64,000 nt of DNA from NCBI RefSeq assembly GCF_009914755.1, contig NC_060926.1; one strand, written 5' to 3'. Below the pieces are notes generated by a model that had not been told where the DNA came from, searched no databases, and saw only the letters and a program-made list of their open reading frames with translations. The stretch is from the human T2T-CHM13v2.0 reference genome, Homo sapiens. The stretch's first letter is position 1; the number at the start of each line of letters is the position of its first letter. Of this stretch, positions 15,638-30,442 are shown one piece after another. The translations under genes were made by a program, and so were the position numbers.

Positions 15638-17704
15638 GAATAACATTTAGGAAATTGTTGTGAGAATTAAGATACATAATAATATAAACATTTTGTGAGA
15701 CAGGACATTAAGCAAAGAGGTAGGAAAAAGCTTCATATTCTAAATGTCTGCCTCTACATGCTAAATATTCAAGCACGCACACTTAGTTGGATCCTAAGTA
15801 ACAAAAACAGACAAGAGAAAGAATCAACAAAGAAGCAAGTTATTAAAAGCTATAGAATTTTCTAACTGTGAACACATAGGCTGATTTGATAAAGAAAAAA
15901 TGCATTTCTATTTTTCACTGTAGCTTCCCTTATCTCTTGCCAGAGCATTCACTAATGCCTAGCATTTTCTATACATGTTTGTGAACGCATACTTGTGTGT
16001 CCATATTAGTACGTGGCCCACAATACAATGTTGGCCTGATACATGACTCCAAATCTCAGCAAATCCTGTGACATTCTGAGCTCTCAGTTTTAACAGCTAA
16101 AAAGATAACTAATGTCACTTTTTGACACACAGAGTTGTTAGCATTTAACACATCTTTTTCTAACTACTTGGAAGAAAGAAGAATCATGGCTTGTCTTTTT
16201 TAATGTTTAGAGCTGCAAATCATAAGTATAAGGAACATCTGAGGAAAGAAAATGCTCCTGAGGCTTTTTTACATTGTCAAAAAATGTGTTTATATCTCTG
16301 TTTCTAGTCAAGAAAGCCATCAGATATTTCTTTCTGTACTTTGTAACAAATAGCTCAGCAGCAGTTTAAAAATGCAGTGCATTTGCAAGTGGTGATTCAC
16401 GTGTACCCCTTTCCAGGAGGATTAAAAAAATCTCAGAAATGTAGTAGATTCTGTAATATTTGCATATTTCAACATTCCTCAGAATAAAAGTAGATTTTAA
16501 ATTAAAGTAATGGAAGTTAACCAGAGTAAAAGTAAAAGAAAGCAAATCCTTAAACATTTACTTGAATTAAGTCAAATAAAAATAAATAGTAGAATTTTCT
16601 TCAAAAATGTTTTATGAAAACATTTTTTTAAAATTTGACATTAAAATACATGTGATTCCGTTGTGCAGTGTGTTCCAAAGGCTAATTATAATAACACATG
16701 AGATTTTGCCAAATATAAATATTTAATATAATTGTTTAAAATAATATTCCCTTTACATTGTAATTAATTAATTTTATGCTTTTGAGCCTATAACATTTTA
16801 GTTAACTTATTGAAAATACCGATCTATGACTACTGCCATATGTTAATATATACATAACAGATCCTTACATTGTAAATAATAAATATATTTACATTATATA
16901 TGATTTCTCAGAATTATTCCAGTCATTCAAAAGCATATACATTTCATGAGAAGTGACATAACTGGAACTATATACATAGTATTTTATGTGAAAATGTAGG
17001 TTTGCGATGGATAAAATGTAAAACTGCAGAGCTGATCCAGAGCCAGAGAAAAATAGTTAATATTTTTACAGAGACCTATTTTTTCTTTCTGAACATTAAA
17101 ATACTTTCCTGCTAGATCCCAATTATGGATTTATTCCTTCAGAAAAACCTGGTGCAGAATGAAGCCCTCTTCATATCAGAAAGGTGTGTGCATGTGTCTG
17201 TGTTTCCTGCAGTAGCCAGTAGAAGAACTATGGGTTCAGTGAAGGAATCAGAGGCAGAGAAACTTCATGGACACAAAGTAGAAACTGCAGAATTATGCCA
17301 GTAACGAGGAAAGCCATTTCTGGTTAATTACTAAGGAGGAGCAGTAACATTAATTTTCATAATGTATTTGAGGAAGCAATTTCCATTAGCAATGCATTAG
17401 ATAAATACATTTCAATAAAGTAGGCTTCAATCAATGGAGGATTTTCTGTGGTCACTAATAAGAACACTGATAAAAGAAATAAATAACCTGGTGCACATAG
17501 GCAGTGAACCGGAGTCTGGCCGTCATAGAAGAGGCTCATCAGAAATTAATATTAGAAGCAAATAAAATGAGTGTATATATATATATATAATGATTTATTC
17601 AAAAAAAATCCAATACAGAGGGGTTTTGGAAATTGTTGCCCAGATACTTGTGTGTGTGTGTGTGTTTTAAAGGTTTATAATACTCCATTATATTATATAC
17701 TCCA

Positions 17705-18674
17705 GGATATATTCCAGCTCCAGAATCTGGCTGGCAGATGGCCTAATTCCAAAGTGTACCACCAGTAACCAAGTGTCCCTCTCACAGGAAACTTGCTTAT
17801 CCTGGAAGATATCTCTGTGGCTCTTGTCTGACCGAGGTCCAATATATTCCTACCAAGAAAACCATTCTCTAGGAGAGCTCTGACTAGGAGTAAAGATAGG
17901 TTTGGGTGTTACTCAAGTGACTGGCAGAGGAGGCAGAAAGAAAGAAAAAAAAAACATGAAATAACAGAAGCAATTTTTAACTTACAGGTCCCAGAGGGAA
18001 GGCAGCATTCCCCACAAGGCCAATAGGAAGAGCGGGGGCCATCCTGGATATGCATGCTCAACCACCAGGTGGGGAGTGAGAGAGAGAAGAACTTCTGTGG
18101 TAAAACCTTTACAGGGGTCCAAGGTGAGATACAAGAAGGCTTCCCGTGGTGAGTTCTAATTGGTGAGTCTAGAGCAAGCAGGCAGGAGTTCTATGAAAGT
18201 GCTCTGGGGCTGAGGCATCTGTGCAGTCCTAGATTGGTATAGGGATCAGTAGAGTGAGTGATGTCATTTGTATCTAGCTGACCCACAGCGAGATATCACC
18301 AGGAGGTGATTGTATAAGGTAGGTATCAGGATCAACCACACTGAGGAAGTGGAAGGAGGCAGAGAACTGAAAACCGTGTCAAGATCAACTAAGCTCTGCT
18401 TCTGGCATGAGAAAGTTAAGCCCTATATTCAAAATGGAAGCCAAGGCAACATGAAATTATGGATGCTTCTCAATTTATGACGGGATTATGTCCTGGTAAG
18501 TCCATAGTAACTTGAAAACATTCTAAGTCAAAGATGCACTCATTACACCTAAACTTCAAAATTCACTGTACAGTTTCTACTCAAGGTGTATCACTTTTCC
18601 ACCACCATACATTTGCAAAAATTGTTAATCACACCATTGTATGCCAGAGACTGTACGCATAAGAATTTACTACA
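17705..18674 (-). mobile_element. MER54-like ERVL LTR, interrupted by a Tigger-family MITE
   Basis: Reverse complement starts TGTAGTAAATTCTTA..ATAATTTCATGTTGCCTTGGCTTCCATTTTGAATATAGG, matching the recalled MER54A 5' end. Left boundary approximate. Confidence 0.65.
18460..18659 (+). mobile_element. MER47A-like (Tigger family) non-autonomous DNA transposon, internally deleted
   Basis: GATGCTTCTCAATTTATGACGGGATTATGTCCTGGTAAGTCCATAGTAACTTGAAAA resembles the MER47 start. Flanked by TA inside the LTR. Confidence 0.6.
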
Positions 18675-20399
18675 GTAAATTTCACCAATAATAATTCAAT
18701 ATCAAATGATCTGAGAGTTGATTGATCCCTTAGAGCTATTTACACAGAAGTCTATACCTGTTTCTTATTAAGTCTTATTAGTATGATGCCATTGATTGAG
18801 TAGACTAGTGTAATGCTGTGTATGATGAGCAGCTGCTTCAGGTCTCTTTAAATTATGTCATGACAGAAGACAGGAGAAGTTATGTTATGGGATGAAACTG
18901 TGCAAGTATGTTGCTGTCCATTGCAAGTTATTGTGAAGTATTTCTTCTCTGTATTCTGATAAGCATATAAAATAATGCATTTGTCAACATCACTGACTGT
19001 GTGTTATCTACTCGAGGCCATGTTAATCTATTATACAAAAGATATCAAATCTCAGACATCAGATGTAATTGGACCTACAATATAGTTGATTTTGCAGTAG
19101 TTATCTATTATCTCCCATGATCCTGCTGGGTTTTACAGACCAAACTGTTGAATTACATAAAAACGTGGTGAGGATCACCACCCTTTGGGAATTTAATGGT
19201 GGCACTACTTTTTACCATTTTGTCAGGGAGGCAATATTGTATTTAATTTACTATTTTAACTTCAGAGAGGCTGTTTCAGAGGCTTCTATTTCCTTTATCC
19301 ACTACTTTAGTTCTAACCCTGGTGAACTGAGTCAGTATCTAAGTAATTGGTCACAGATTCATTTTGATGAAGGACTAGGAAAATTATTATACAGACCAAG
19401 AATCTCCTTTGGTCAATTTTTTTCTGAGACCAAAAATTGGTTCAATCTGAAAACAGAGTAAGTAATCCAAACTTTTCCTGGAGGAAATTTCCCTAAGTTT
19501 CCTGATCAGCCATCCTTGACTTCATTTTATCAACTGAGTGGTACTACTCTTTTTTTTAGCTGATCATATATTTTGTTCCTATGGGCCATGAGTTCTTACC
19601 CATCTTCACAACTATCTTTGTGTCAAGCTTCCTTGGATGTCACTCTGATCTTGCCTCTCATTACAACAATTGTATCTACTTTGACTGTAATGTGTAAGTG
19701 CCACTATCTGCCTTCTATTATTTCAGAATTTTCTCATTCACACTGCTATGAGTGATTCCACTAATAGAACAGCATCTCATACATTCAGTCCTGGAATACT
19801 AGAGCAAAGCCTCCACTGAACTTGTGAGTGTTCCTTTCTCACCAGTACATTCTTTGGGATCACTTGTAAAATATAAAACTGGTAGGATTCTGCTTTATGT
19901 AGTATATTTACTCTAGAATGTCCAATTCTTTGAGCCTTTTAATCTTCCCTTCCCCTGTCTTTTATTACGTTTCTATTCTATCATATGTGCTTTATTTAGT
20001 ATGTCTTCACTTTTTCCATGCTTCTTCCTAGAATCATGTTCAGGCAATTTATTGGGGTCTTTGAAGGGACAGTCAATAATTTTTTGATGCCAAAATAATT
20101 CTTCCAAATTGATATCATTTCCCTTATCCAACTCTTTCTTCTATATCTCCCTGATCCATCTTCCTCACAATCTACTCCTATGTGTATTTTGCTGACTCAT
20201 GTTAGCATACATCGTCTAGCTCTGCAGGTGCTTTAGGCTGTGGTGACTTTTTCTCTTCTCAGGCTCTGTATGTCTTTCCAGTTTATTTGCTGAATAAATG
20301 GATAAATAAATAGTTTTTACTAGTATGGTTTTGGGCAAAACTTATTCTTTCTAGCTAGAATAAAATACATGTTAAAAATCTCAATGCAACCTTTGCAAT

Positions 20400-20419
20400 G
20401 TGTATGTGTCTGTGTATGT

Positions 20420-20453
<34 letters not shown>
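20400..20453. repeat. (TG)n microsatellite
   Basis: Direct inspection. Confidence 0.9.
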
Positions 20454-20454
<1 letters not shown>

Positions 20455-21582
20455 ATCTCCTTTCCTTAATGTTCTGGAATTTTGTATACAAGCTTACATT
20501 TGAAATGTCCATACCTCTCAACAGAAGTTCTAGGTACTTATCTTGATCTGACAATCAGACATGTTTGCTCATTCCACTTCAGTTTAAAAATGAATGTATT
20601 AGTTGCTAAAATTAAAGATATTGGAGATATCACAAACACACCTACATGTTTTCTCCTTGCAAAGTAGACAATGTGGTAACACAACGGCCATACTTCTCCA
20701 TGGCAACAATTGCTAAAGAAAGTTTTAACCTTTTCCTTTGCAACATTACCAGTCAACCCACTGCATTCATTTATTTCACTTGCCTTGTCTCTGTTTTGTT
20801 TGTGGCTGTGCTTTCATCATGAAATTCATTTTTGTAATATTTTTTCTTTATATTTGCTATGTCATGAATCCCACTTTTATTTATCTAAAAGCATTTCTCT
20901 CCTTACGTTGTTTATTTTAGTAGTTTGTTTAGAAACTTTCTAAATCGATTTTGTCTTATAATTAAAATGTTCAAAAAATGAATATATATGCTCTTGTATT
21001 ATCTATTAACTGCTTTCCAGTATTTAATTCTTCATATGAAAAATTTATTATTTTTTCCACAACTAGTGTATTTAAAATACAAACTTTTTCAGGGGTGACA
21101 GGAAGGTGGGAACATAGGCAGCAAAGCCTTAGAATCACCTTCTGTTTAAATTTGACTTTAAAACTATTAATAATACACATAATTCTGCAAAAAATTAATT
21201 CATCTAAGATCAAGTAATAGTGGCAATTCTCCCCAGTAGGAGAATAATTTTTATTATAGAATAAGTATGATTTTGTTCACATAGATACAGTTATACTTAA
21301 ACTATTTTTTAAAATAATGTTTAAATACACATCATTCCACATATTTCAAAGAACTGATCCTATAAATTAGGCTTTGATCCATACTGGCCCCCTAATAATA
21401 TTTACAACTTCCAAATTAGAAGGCAACAGTTAAAATATATTTTATAAATAAATAAAATATCAAAAAGGATAACCTCATAATTAGTAACATAGATATCATG
21501 CCCAGCTTAATTAAAGATTTTAATATAATTGAAGTTATATGAAAATGAATGCTAGTTGGTTTGTTCAAATAAGGAAAACAAC

Positions 21583-22115
21583 TGTTTTGGGAATTTCCAA
21601 GAAACCCCATGTTCAGTAATTTGCTAGAATGACTCACAGGACTAAGTATATTGTTGTACTCATGATGATGATTTATTACCGAAAAAGGTTATGGAGCCAA
21701 ATAAACAAAGGAAAAATGCACGTGGGCAAAGTCAGAAGAAAACCAGGAGCAAGTTTCCAAGTGTCCTCTCCGCAAGGAGTCACACAAAATGTGCTTAATT
21801 TCATCAAGAATGGAATTGAAGCATTTCAGGGAGGCTTATTACTCAGTGCCCAAGGATTTTACTGGGGGCCAGTCATGTAAATGCAGTCTACATACCACTT
21901 ACCCAAATTCAAGACACCCAAGAAGGAAAACAAGTGTTCAGCATAAACCAAATTGCTTGCACAAACAGTTTAGGCACAGTGAGACACTCTTATCAGTTAG
22001 GAAATGGTGGGAACCCCACCAAAATCCGACTTCCCAGTCAGCAAAGGCAACCTTGCAAGCATGACGTTTTAAGAACAGCAGTCTCAGGCCTGCCACATAA
22101 ATTATTTTATGCACA
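21583..22115 (-). mobile_element. MER68-like ERVL solo LTR
   Basis: Reverse complement begins TGTGCATAAAATAATTTATGTGGCAGGCCTGAGACTGCT and contains CTGATAAGAGTGTCTCACTGTGCCTAAACTGTTTGTGCAA. Degenerate TSD ACAAC/ATAAT. Confidence 0.7.
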
Positions 22116-24068
22116 ATAATCTTTTAGAACTGGCTTCTATAATCATTTAAATTGTTGTTTAAAATGTGGTGCTATCTGTGACAATTTGAGGTTCGTTTTC
22201 TTAAAAACCTTTACTGCACATAAAACATTGATTGTAAGTCACCCATCAGAGAAGCAAGAATGTAAAGAGCATGTTTCTACAGCATTTAAATAATTGCTTA
22301 GTGTTGATTGCTTGGTATTTAACCTAAGGTTTCAAGAAATTAAATATTTCTTCTTTCTTGCAGCTTTCTTTTAAATTGCTAAACATGAACATTCTCCCTG
22401 TGGCATGAATAACGCATTTCTAATCTCATATGTTATAGAAGTCTTTTTAGAGAAAAAAAAAAAGAGCACTTGAAGGTTCACTTATATCTGATAGCAGTCA
22501 ACAGTGCAGGTGTGGGCAATAGACTAGTACATCTCTCATTGTGAGATAGCCTCTCCATTTTCTTACACAGTTGAAAACCTGTTTTTCATCATTCATGTGC
22601 ATACCTCTGAAGCAAAGGAGTCATTTCTCCTTTTCTGTGGAGATGAGTATACTATTACCACCACACGCACCAGTAATAGCAACTTAACTGTTTTAATCAT
22701 TACACGGAAATCAATACCACTGCTCTTCAGGCTGTGGCTATGCTCCCGACAGATTATACATAAGAGATTTATTAAAAAGACGGTAACGATCAAGAGAATC
22801 AAAGAGAATGAAACTATTGCTTCTGTTTGAGGAAATCAGCATCATTGTGGAGCTATCATTAAGATTATTATTATTATTATTTTATTTAGGTCATCTATTT
22901 TGGCAGATATATTGCATGGCGTGTGGATGTGAGTGTAGGTATAGTAAATCTTACTGGGATTCTTAAATTTTTATTGCTCCTTCTGAAGAGCCATTTTAAT
23001 TGTTCTTTCCTCTATGTTTCTCATATATTTTAATGTAAACATTAAAAATGAATCATGGACAGGTAATATAATTTATGAGTATTTTAATATATTTATTTTT
23101 TATAACTACATATATACAACTCTCTATAACAAATTATAATTATTTAGTATGTTGGCTTCTACTTGGTGAGTATATTTTTATGTCAAATCAGAATGTAGTT
23201 CATTCAAGTATGATAATTTAATTATCCAGGAAAGAGCAATTAAAATAGAATCACACTGTTTGAAATGATCAAGCTTATTCTAAACTAATATACAGTCTGA
23301 AAAAGTTCATATCAGTTGAAGGCTTTTAGGACATAAAGAGAACAATAAATTGTGAAATCTGTTAAAGAATCTGTTTGGAAGAAAAACTAAAATAAAATAA
23401 TGAAACTTACTCTTTGAAACGGTTATCTTTTGAGTGACATGAAAACCTACATAATAAAGATATTTTACATTATCTTTAATCATATAAGAAAGTGGCAGAT
23501 GAATTTAAATTTAAGAAATTTTTCCATTTAGCAGACACTCAATCAAGTGGAAATCAAACTCCTGCACAGTCAAATAGAGATTATACATGATGAGTAACTA
23601 ACAAATATTTACTACATTACCAAAAAATGCTAAATAGTTCATAAGACAGCCTTTTTTCCTATTCGGTAATTTAATTTGTGAAAGTTTTCATAGTCCAATT
23701 TCTTTCCCCCAAAAATAATTAAGGTAAAGTAATTAAACTATATTAAATCTTTTTTTGTCACTGTTATAATATCTCTTACATTTTTATCCATCTGTCATTT
23801 TCAATAGGGTTTTTAAGTCCATTATCTCATTTGATCATCACCACTGTAAGGAACTCCAGGAAGACATTGTTATGCATATTTTAGAGCAAAAAAAAAAAAC
23901 TGAAGAGTTGATAGGCCAGAAGAAGTTTTGATAGGCTAAAAATCACATTTACCATTATAAGGCAACAGGCAGTACCAAGAATAGAGGTCAAGTTTTTAGC
24001 CCTATAGATAAGAGTTATTTCCTTGTAATCATTAGTTTTAAGTGGTATTGATTTGGTCATGTTGGGGG

Positions 24069-24071
<3 letters not shown>

Positions 24072-24103
<32 letters not shown>
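24072..24103. repeat. (TG)n microsatellite
   Basis: Direct inspection. Confidence 0.9.
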
Positions 24104-24106
<3 letters not shown>

Positions 24107-24356
24107 AAGCACAGATTCAATTAATAGAAACTGTATATATTTTAAAATTTTTAAATTTTCTTTGAAAAATTCTACACTGATTCTTTCCTCATGGCTTCTA
24201 AATAAAAAGTCACTTGTGCTCACTGACCTATCAAGTTGGTGATAAAATATTGCTTATGTATTCTATATATATAAGTCATATATGTGCTACATACTTACAT
24301 GTTTAACTAAATAATTTTGGCAACTTGATATAATTTTTTTTTCCTTTGTAAGGTGC

Positions 24357-24718
24357 TGTATTAGTCTGCTAGGACTGCCATAACAAAATACTGCAGACTG
24401 GGTTGCTTAAAAAACAGTAAATTGTTTCTCACATTTCTGGAGGTTAGAAGTCCAAGACTAAAGTGTTAGATTTGATTTCTCCTAAAGGCAGCTCCCATTG
24501 GCTTACAAAAGTTTGCCTTCTTGCAGTGTCTTCACATGGTCTTTCTTCTCTATGTGTGCATCCTATGTGTCTCTTCTTTGTCTTAAAAGGACAGCAGTCT
24601 TATTAGTTTGGGGATTCATCCTTATACCTCTATAAGCTCCATGTCCTAATACAATCACATTGACAATTAGGACTTCAGCATATGAATTTTTTGGGAGGAC
24701 ACAATTCAGTCCACAAGA
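24357..24718 (-). mobile_element. MLT1A-like MaLR solo LTR
   Basis: TGTATTAGTCTGCTAGGACTGCCATAACAAAATAC...GGACACAATTCAGTCCACAA. TSD GGTGC/GGTGT. Confidence 0.8.
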
Positions 24719-27700
24719 GGTGTATGATCTGACAAATGGTTTCATTCCTGGCACTTATTTCCTAAAATAAAAGAGATTAAAGGTAGGCCATGATTTGACT
24801 TTTTGTTTTCTAGAAATAAATAATTATATTTAGTAAATTAAGGATAATAAACAGAAATTATAGAAATGTGTTTTATTAGTCTTCATAAATTTAACCATTT
24901 CATAAGATTATTGATTAACATGCATTTCAAGTCATTATTTCTGACTTCTATAAATACTAGTTCATATAATTGCATGAGGTAAACAAATCTTAGAATTAGC
25001 TTCTGATTATTATTTTTAGTTTCCTGGGCCATCATTCAACAAAACCTTTTTGTAATATCCTATCCTCCCTGGACCTATTTCCTATGTATTTTGATGACTC
25101 CTAAAGAGTGGGCTAACCTGCTTTCTTTGCACATTGATCTCTCTGAGCACCATATATGAGTAATATCTTATTTTCATGTAGAATTCTCACAAAATTTGTC
25201 TCTGTACTTTGGTACTTCTCATATGACAGAAAAATGAAATTAGTTGCTTCACAAAATTGCGGTATCCCATTGTCTCTCAACTTCTTAGAAGATTATACTA
25301 ATTTATTATTCTCTGGCCTATATCTTCAAAATCTAGTTACAGAATTACTCCTTTCTGCTAACACTGAAACATGCTCAATCTCTCTTGTATTAAAAATCAA
25401 CAACAAAGTAACCCCTGCCACCAACAAAACAAAATAATTCCAAAGTATTCTTATGTTAAAAGGGATAACTGAGGCAGAGAAAGATAGGTTTCCTGCCAAA
25501 GTTATCACAGTTAGTAATCAACCAGGTAAACAGACTTCAGAGCTTTTGCTTTTGCTTTAATGACTAGCAATATTTTTGACTTTTCACCTGCGTTGTTACC
25601 ACTATCCCACCTTCTGCAACCACTCTTGTCTTTTGGTATCTGAAGACACAGTGACATGACTGACTGTCTTTACTTTCTGTTTAATTCCCCCCATAATTTT
25701 CTGGAGGGACCCAACTAGGATCTAACATATGTCCACTAGTGTCTTCCTTTTCTATCTGATTCTCAATTGACCATAGCTGCTATCTGGGGTCAGGATTTCT
25801 TCTAGCAGTAGTGAGACTTTTTGCATACCAGAACAAGATATCGTCCTTTGGGCAGTGCCAGCCCTCTGTACAGACTCCCACACACTGGATTTTGGCCTCC
25901 AGTACCCCCCTTAGCTGGTAGTCTCTGTTCAGTGCTCAAAGTATACAAGTCTATATGGCTTAAAAGTGTAAATAGTAGCACCACCCCAATGTCAATGACT
26001 TTTGAGAATTATACTCATGCCAAATTCCTGGTAACACCATAACATTCCATAATCTCCAGATGCAGATTTGGAGGTATAGAATTCAAAAGGGTTTGATGCA
26101 ATAAGGGGAATGGCTTTTATCCTCCGTGTTTTGGCAGGTGAAATTCAAAGATGGGACCATGCTACAAGTCTAAAATTGCTCGTATTAAGTATTTTTGTTA
26201 CTTAGGCATGTCTTATATCCAATAACGAGTTTACCCCAGGCCAATGCAATATGGACAATAAATACCAGTATAAAATTATTTCTTCTCCACTCTTTCTCAA
26301 GCCCTCTCTATTACCCCAAATTCTTCTTTCTCTCTGTAATATCATCATCAACTACAGCTAGGATGCACTCCTGAAAACAAAAAAAAATCCATATTTTGTG
26401 CTCCTTGTTGTATTTTTGAAATATTAACTCTTGTTGAGAGACATGCTCCAAAAGTGTATTCAAGCTTTCTATATGTTTTTGAGTAAAACTCTAGGTTATC
26501 TGGTAATATCTGTACAACAATTCTCTACCAGATCTTATTTTAATTCAAAAACTATGAATTATTTTTATGATGCCTTTACAACCTGAACATATAAATGTCT
26601 ACCTATGAGTCATGATAACAAAGGACGTTCTATCCACTCTACTAAGCACAACTAGCTTGTATTAATTCAGATTTACAGGAGAGGAAACTGAATTTTTCTT
26701 TACTTTCTTTTTAATATACTGAGCACCAATATTTCTTCAAGCTTCAGTAAATGACCATTGAATATTTAGATGCCATTGAGAGAAAAACTTTTTAAAATGA
26801 GAAAGATTCAATGGGCATTTTCTTGCAAGTTGTTCTTAAAAGTCATATCCTGAAGAGTAACCTGCCCTCTTAGGTAGAAAACTCTACATGAGAAACCATC
26901 AAAAAATTGAGTCAATTATGCTATTCAATTTTATTCTTATATAACAAGTCTTTCTAGGGGATAAGTAACCTTTATTTGTCCTCACAGATTGAGCTATTAG
27001 TTTGAATAATGTACCTCTTCACATTTTATTTCTTTCTTTCATGACTCTGTATGGCAGCCTCTTTGTTATTCTCATGAAGCTTTCTTGAAAAGCTTGATTA
27101 AAAAAAACAATGCAAATATTTGTGATAATAGAGCTACTGGTGGTTTGTCCTTTAGTCTAACATTTCAAAAAATACTTTTTAGAAAGTAAGACATTTTCAT
27201 AGATAACTAAATTTAAAAATCTCTTGATGTTGTGGTGTTTTTTTCTGTTTCGTTTTTTGTCCAATTTGTTTTGTGCAATGCCATTTTCATATCTAGTATA
27301 GGTTATGAGGGCATAGATCTTAAAACCAGACTATACCTGACTATATAGGAGTTTATACAAGTAAGGTGCCCAGAAGACTTTTTGGCACATTATAAACACT
27401 AGTTAAGAATCAATTACTAGTTGCATAGTAGTATTATTCTAACCAGAGCACATTAGTGTTTGAAGTCATAATAATTACACACGCGTGTTTCTGTGTGTGT
27501 GTGTTATATAAGCCATAGGATGTGAGAAATACCAAATAAAGCATTCTTATTATTATCTTCATTAAATACTCAGTCACTTTATATAAGACTGATTATTTGC
27601 CTATAAGTCACATAATTTTTTATTAAAAACATAATTTTCGTGCTTGATAAAGAGTGAAGATATATTTTTTAATGTGAGGCAATATATTATTATTTCTGTA

Positions 27701-30315
27701 AGTGGTTATTTCATCCATTTGCAAATCACTAAAATAAAGGTAAAATTAAAAATTCTTGGCAGCATTTCACTATAAAACAGAAATAGTGTTTACTTACCAA
27801 CTGGGCTTGAGAGGTTAAGAAGGCCCAAGCCAACTCATATTAGGTGGCTATGTTTCCCATGATACCTGCCCCTGCTGTTTTTCCACATTATTTTAAACAG
27901 TTCTTTTATTAAACTCTCCTCAATTATACTGATTTGTGTCATATTGATACATGTCTTGCCTGCACTCTGATCAGAAATGGTAATTTATTTTTTCTAGGAG
28001 TACCCCTCAGAAGCACACCTTTGCAGTTCTGGGTTTGGGTTGCTCATAGATTTGAGAATTATTAAAATAATCCCTTTACTAGAGGAAAAGGGGCATGGGA
28101 ATCTGAGGCCTGTGGTGGTATCATCATAAAAATTATCAAATTGTAGGTATGGGAGTAATGCAGGTGGAGGGAAAGGCAGGGTGACAACCACCGGTTTGGG
28201 ATTTGGTCACTATGGCAACTGTAATGAATATAAGGATTGAAGAGTTCTGTATTATTCTTTGACATTCTTATGATTGTTTGGAAATTTACAAAAATTTTTC
28301 CCTCCCTATATTGACATAATTTGACATAGTCTTCAGTGTAACTTCACATCAACTCCTATTAAAAGATTGGATTCATTTTTCTTGACTTTGAAGTGGCACT
28401 TGCCTAATGAACATATTGAGTGTTCAACTCAAAGTGGGAAAATCAGAGGTTCTCAAAGAAAGGTTTGAAGGAGCCCATCCTTCCTGTAGTTGAGGACAGA
28501 TATGGCTAAGGATTGACTCAAGGACTTGATCATATGGGCTAAAGAGATATAGAACCAATGAATTGATCCTTCCCACCAGGCATCTTATATTAGGATAAGG
28601 AAACTGATGCAAAAGCACTGGTACCCTAAGATTTGGAATGGGAACTCTGGGATGGTACAGACAACAATGAGAAACATGTATCGTCTTATCTCTTTCAACT
28701 TTGCTTGCCATGCATAGGCAACCTTTCCCATCTACAAAAAAAACAAAACAAAAAAACAAAAAACAAAAAAAAAGAAGGCTCAGGTTTTGTTGAGTAAAAA
28801 CAGTTTCAATGACTAAAACAGAAACCATTGCCTCAAAAAACAATACTCCTTGCTTATGAGCCCTCATAAGGCTTAGATCCTAACATAAAAAATGATGGAG
28901 AAATTTAAGGCTAGCACTGGAAGGAGACAGCCTGTGCAATTAAAATAATTATAGAATTATGTTGAGTTGCATCAGTAGGAGTACGTGAGACATAACATGG
29001 GAGTCAACCCTACTGGTGTTACACTAAGGAAGAAGTAGAAGATTTCATTGGGCCAAATTCAATGACGACCGTCACTTGTGACTTAATATGTTGCCTTGTG
29101 CTCCTATAGCTGTTTTAGATAGTGTGCTAGATTGGTTAATTGAAGCTTGTACTCAGTGGCACACTAAAGTGAATGAGGACTGATATGCTGGAAGAAAATT
29201 CTTTAACATCCTGAAAAAGAAAGGGTCCAAGAAGGATCTTTCAGTAAATGATGAAATAAATATGTTATATGCTTACTGCTCATGTGACCCTAACCATAAT
29301 CAGTAGGGTCCCAGAAGGCATTCTCTTCACCAGGAAATTAAGATATGCATTGGTAAGGTGGGTGAGTCTAGCATCTTTGCAAAGCAATGCTTTACTTTAT
29401 AGTCCGGATGACGATTAAAATGATAAAGTGCAATTTGTTTCTTTGCTCTCTGTGGGAATAGTGGATTCCCAGAAAGCTGGAAGACAAGTAAAATTACAAT
29501 GTGCCACAAAAATGGACTAGTAATCAAAGCACTATGACACCTTGGGTAATCTGCAGTGATGCTGATTTTGATTATAAGTCACCAGAATTGATATAAATGA
29601 GTAGGCTAATCACAATATGCTTCATATATATAGGTGAAAAATTTCTAACTCTGATGAACAGAAACATAAATTGAATGATTAACGTGGAAATTCAAAACCT
29701 CTTACCAAACTGCTGGGCATTAGCCCTTTCTCATAAGTTGAACCTCTCTATTGAGTAGTAAAGATGCTGCAGTATGTACTTTGAATCTTCCCACAGACGT
29801 ATCTGTGGTCACTTACTGGGGAAACAATCAATGGGAAAAGGGAAGTACACAGGCTTTCCTGGAATTACTAGATACCTTCAAAAGTGCTGCTATTCTCTGA
29901 AGGATGAAAATACCTCATGAGCCACAAATCACAGTGAAGCATGTGGTGATCAGATGACAGAAGGAACCTTGGCTTGAATTCACACTTATTTTCAAAGTTT
30001 TAGAATATTAAGTAAATATGGAAAAATTTAGATGCTGACATAAACCCCACATTGTTTCTATGACACATAGAATGAGAAAAATTATGGTAGGGAAGGCCAT
30101 ATGAAAGTACTTGGAATTGTTTGTATGCCTACCTTCTCATCAGCATGAAAGCCAAAATATTAATGTAAAATGATTAGTTGGAGAACATGCAAAAATCAGA
30201 AACTTACAAATATTAGTCACAAAAGTCAGGGAATACTGTTAGAATAATTGCAGATATTTAACAATTTAATCATGTAGTATGTCCAATTGAAGCTGAGGTT
30301 TTGAAGAAGCAAAGA

Positions 30316-30400
30316 AGGTGGAGGTTGCAGCGAGCCGAGATTGTGCTGCTGCACTCCAGCCTGGGTGACAGAGTGAGACTCAGTCTTGAAAAAAAAAAAA
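30316..30400 (+). mobile_element. Alu 3' fragment (5'-truncated)
   Basis: GGAGGTTGCAGCGAGCCGAGATTG...GACAGAGTGAGACTC + polyA. Confidence 0.9.
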
Positions 30401-30442
30401 TCCTGTAAACATGTCAAAACGGAACTTCTTTAAATATAAATG

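Noticed and set aside
19483-21598. NF-kB-like (GGAAATTTCCC, GGGAATTTCC) and scattered octamer motifs
   Set aside because: Isolated short motifs without clustering or other support
19117-28867. Longer non-TE ORFs (e.g. 19117-19461, 28424-28867)
   Set aside because: No recognisable domain or splice structure, consistent with chance ORFs or low complexity
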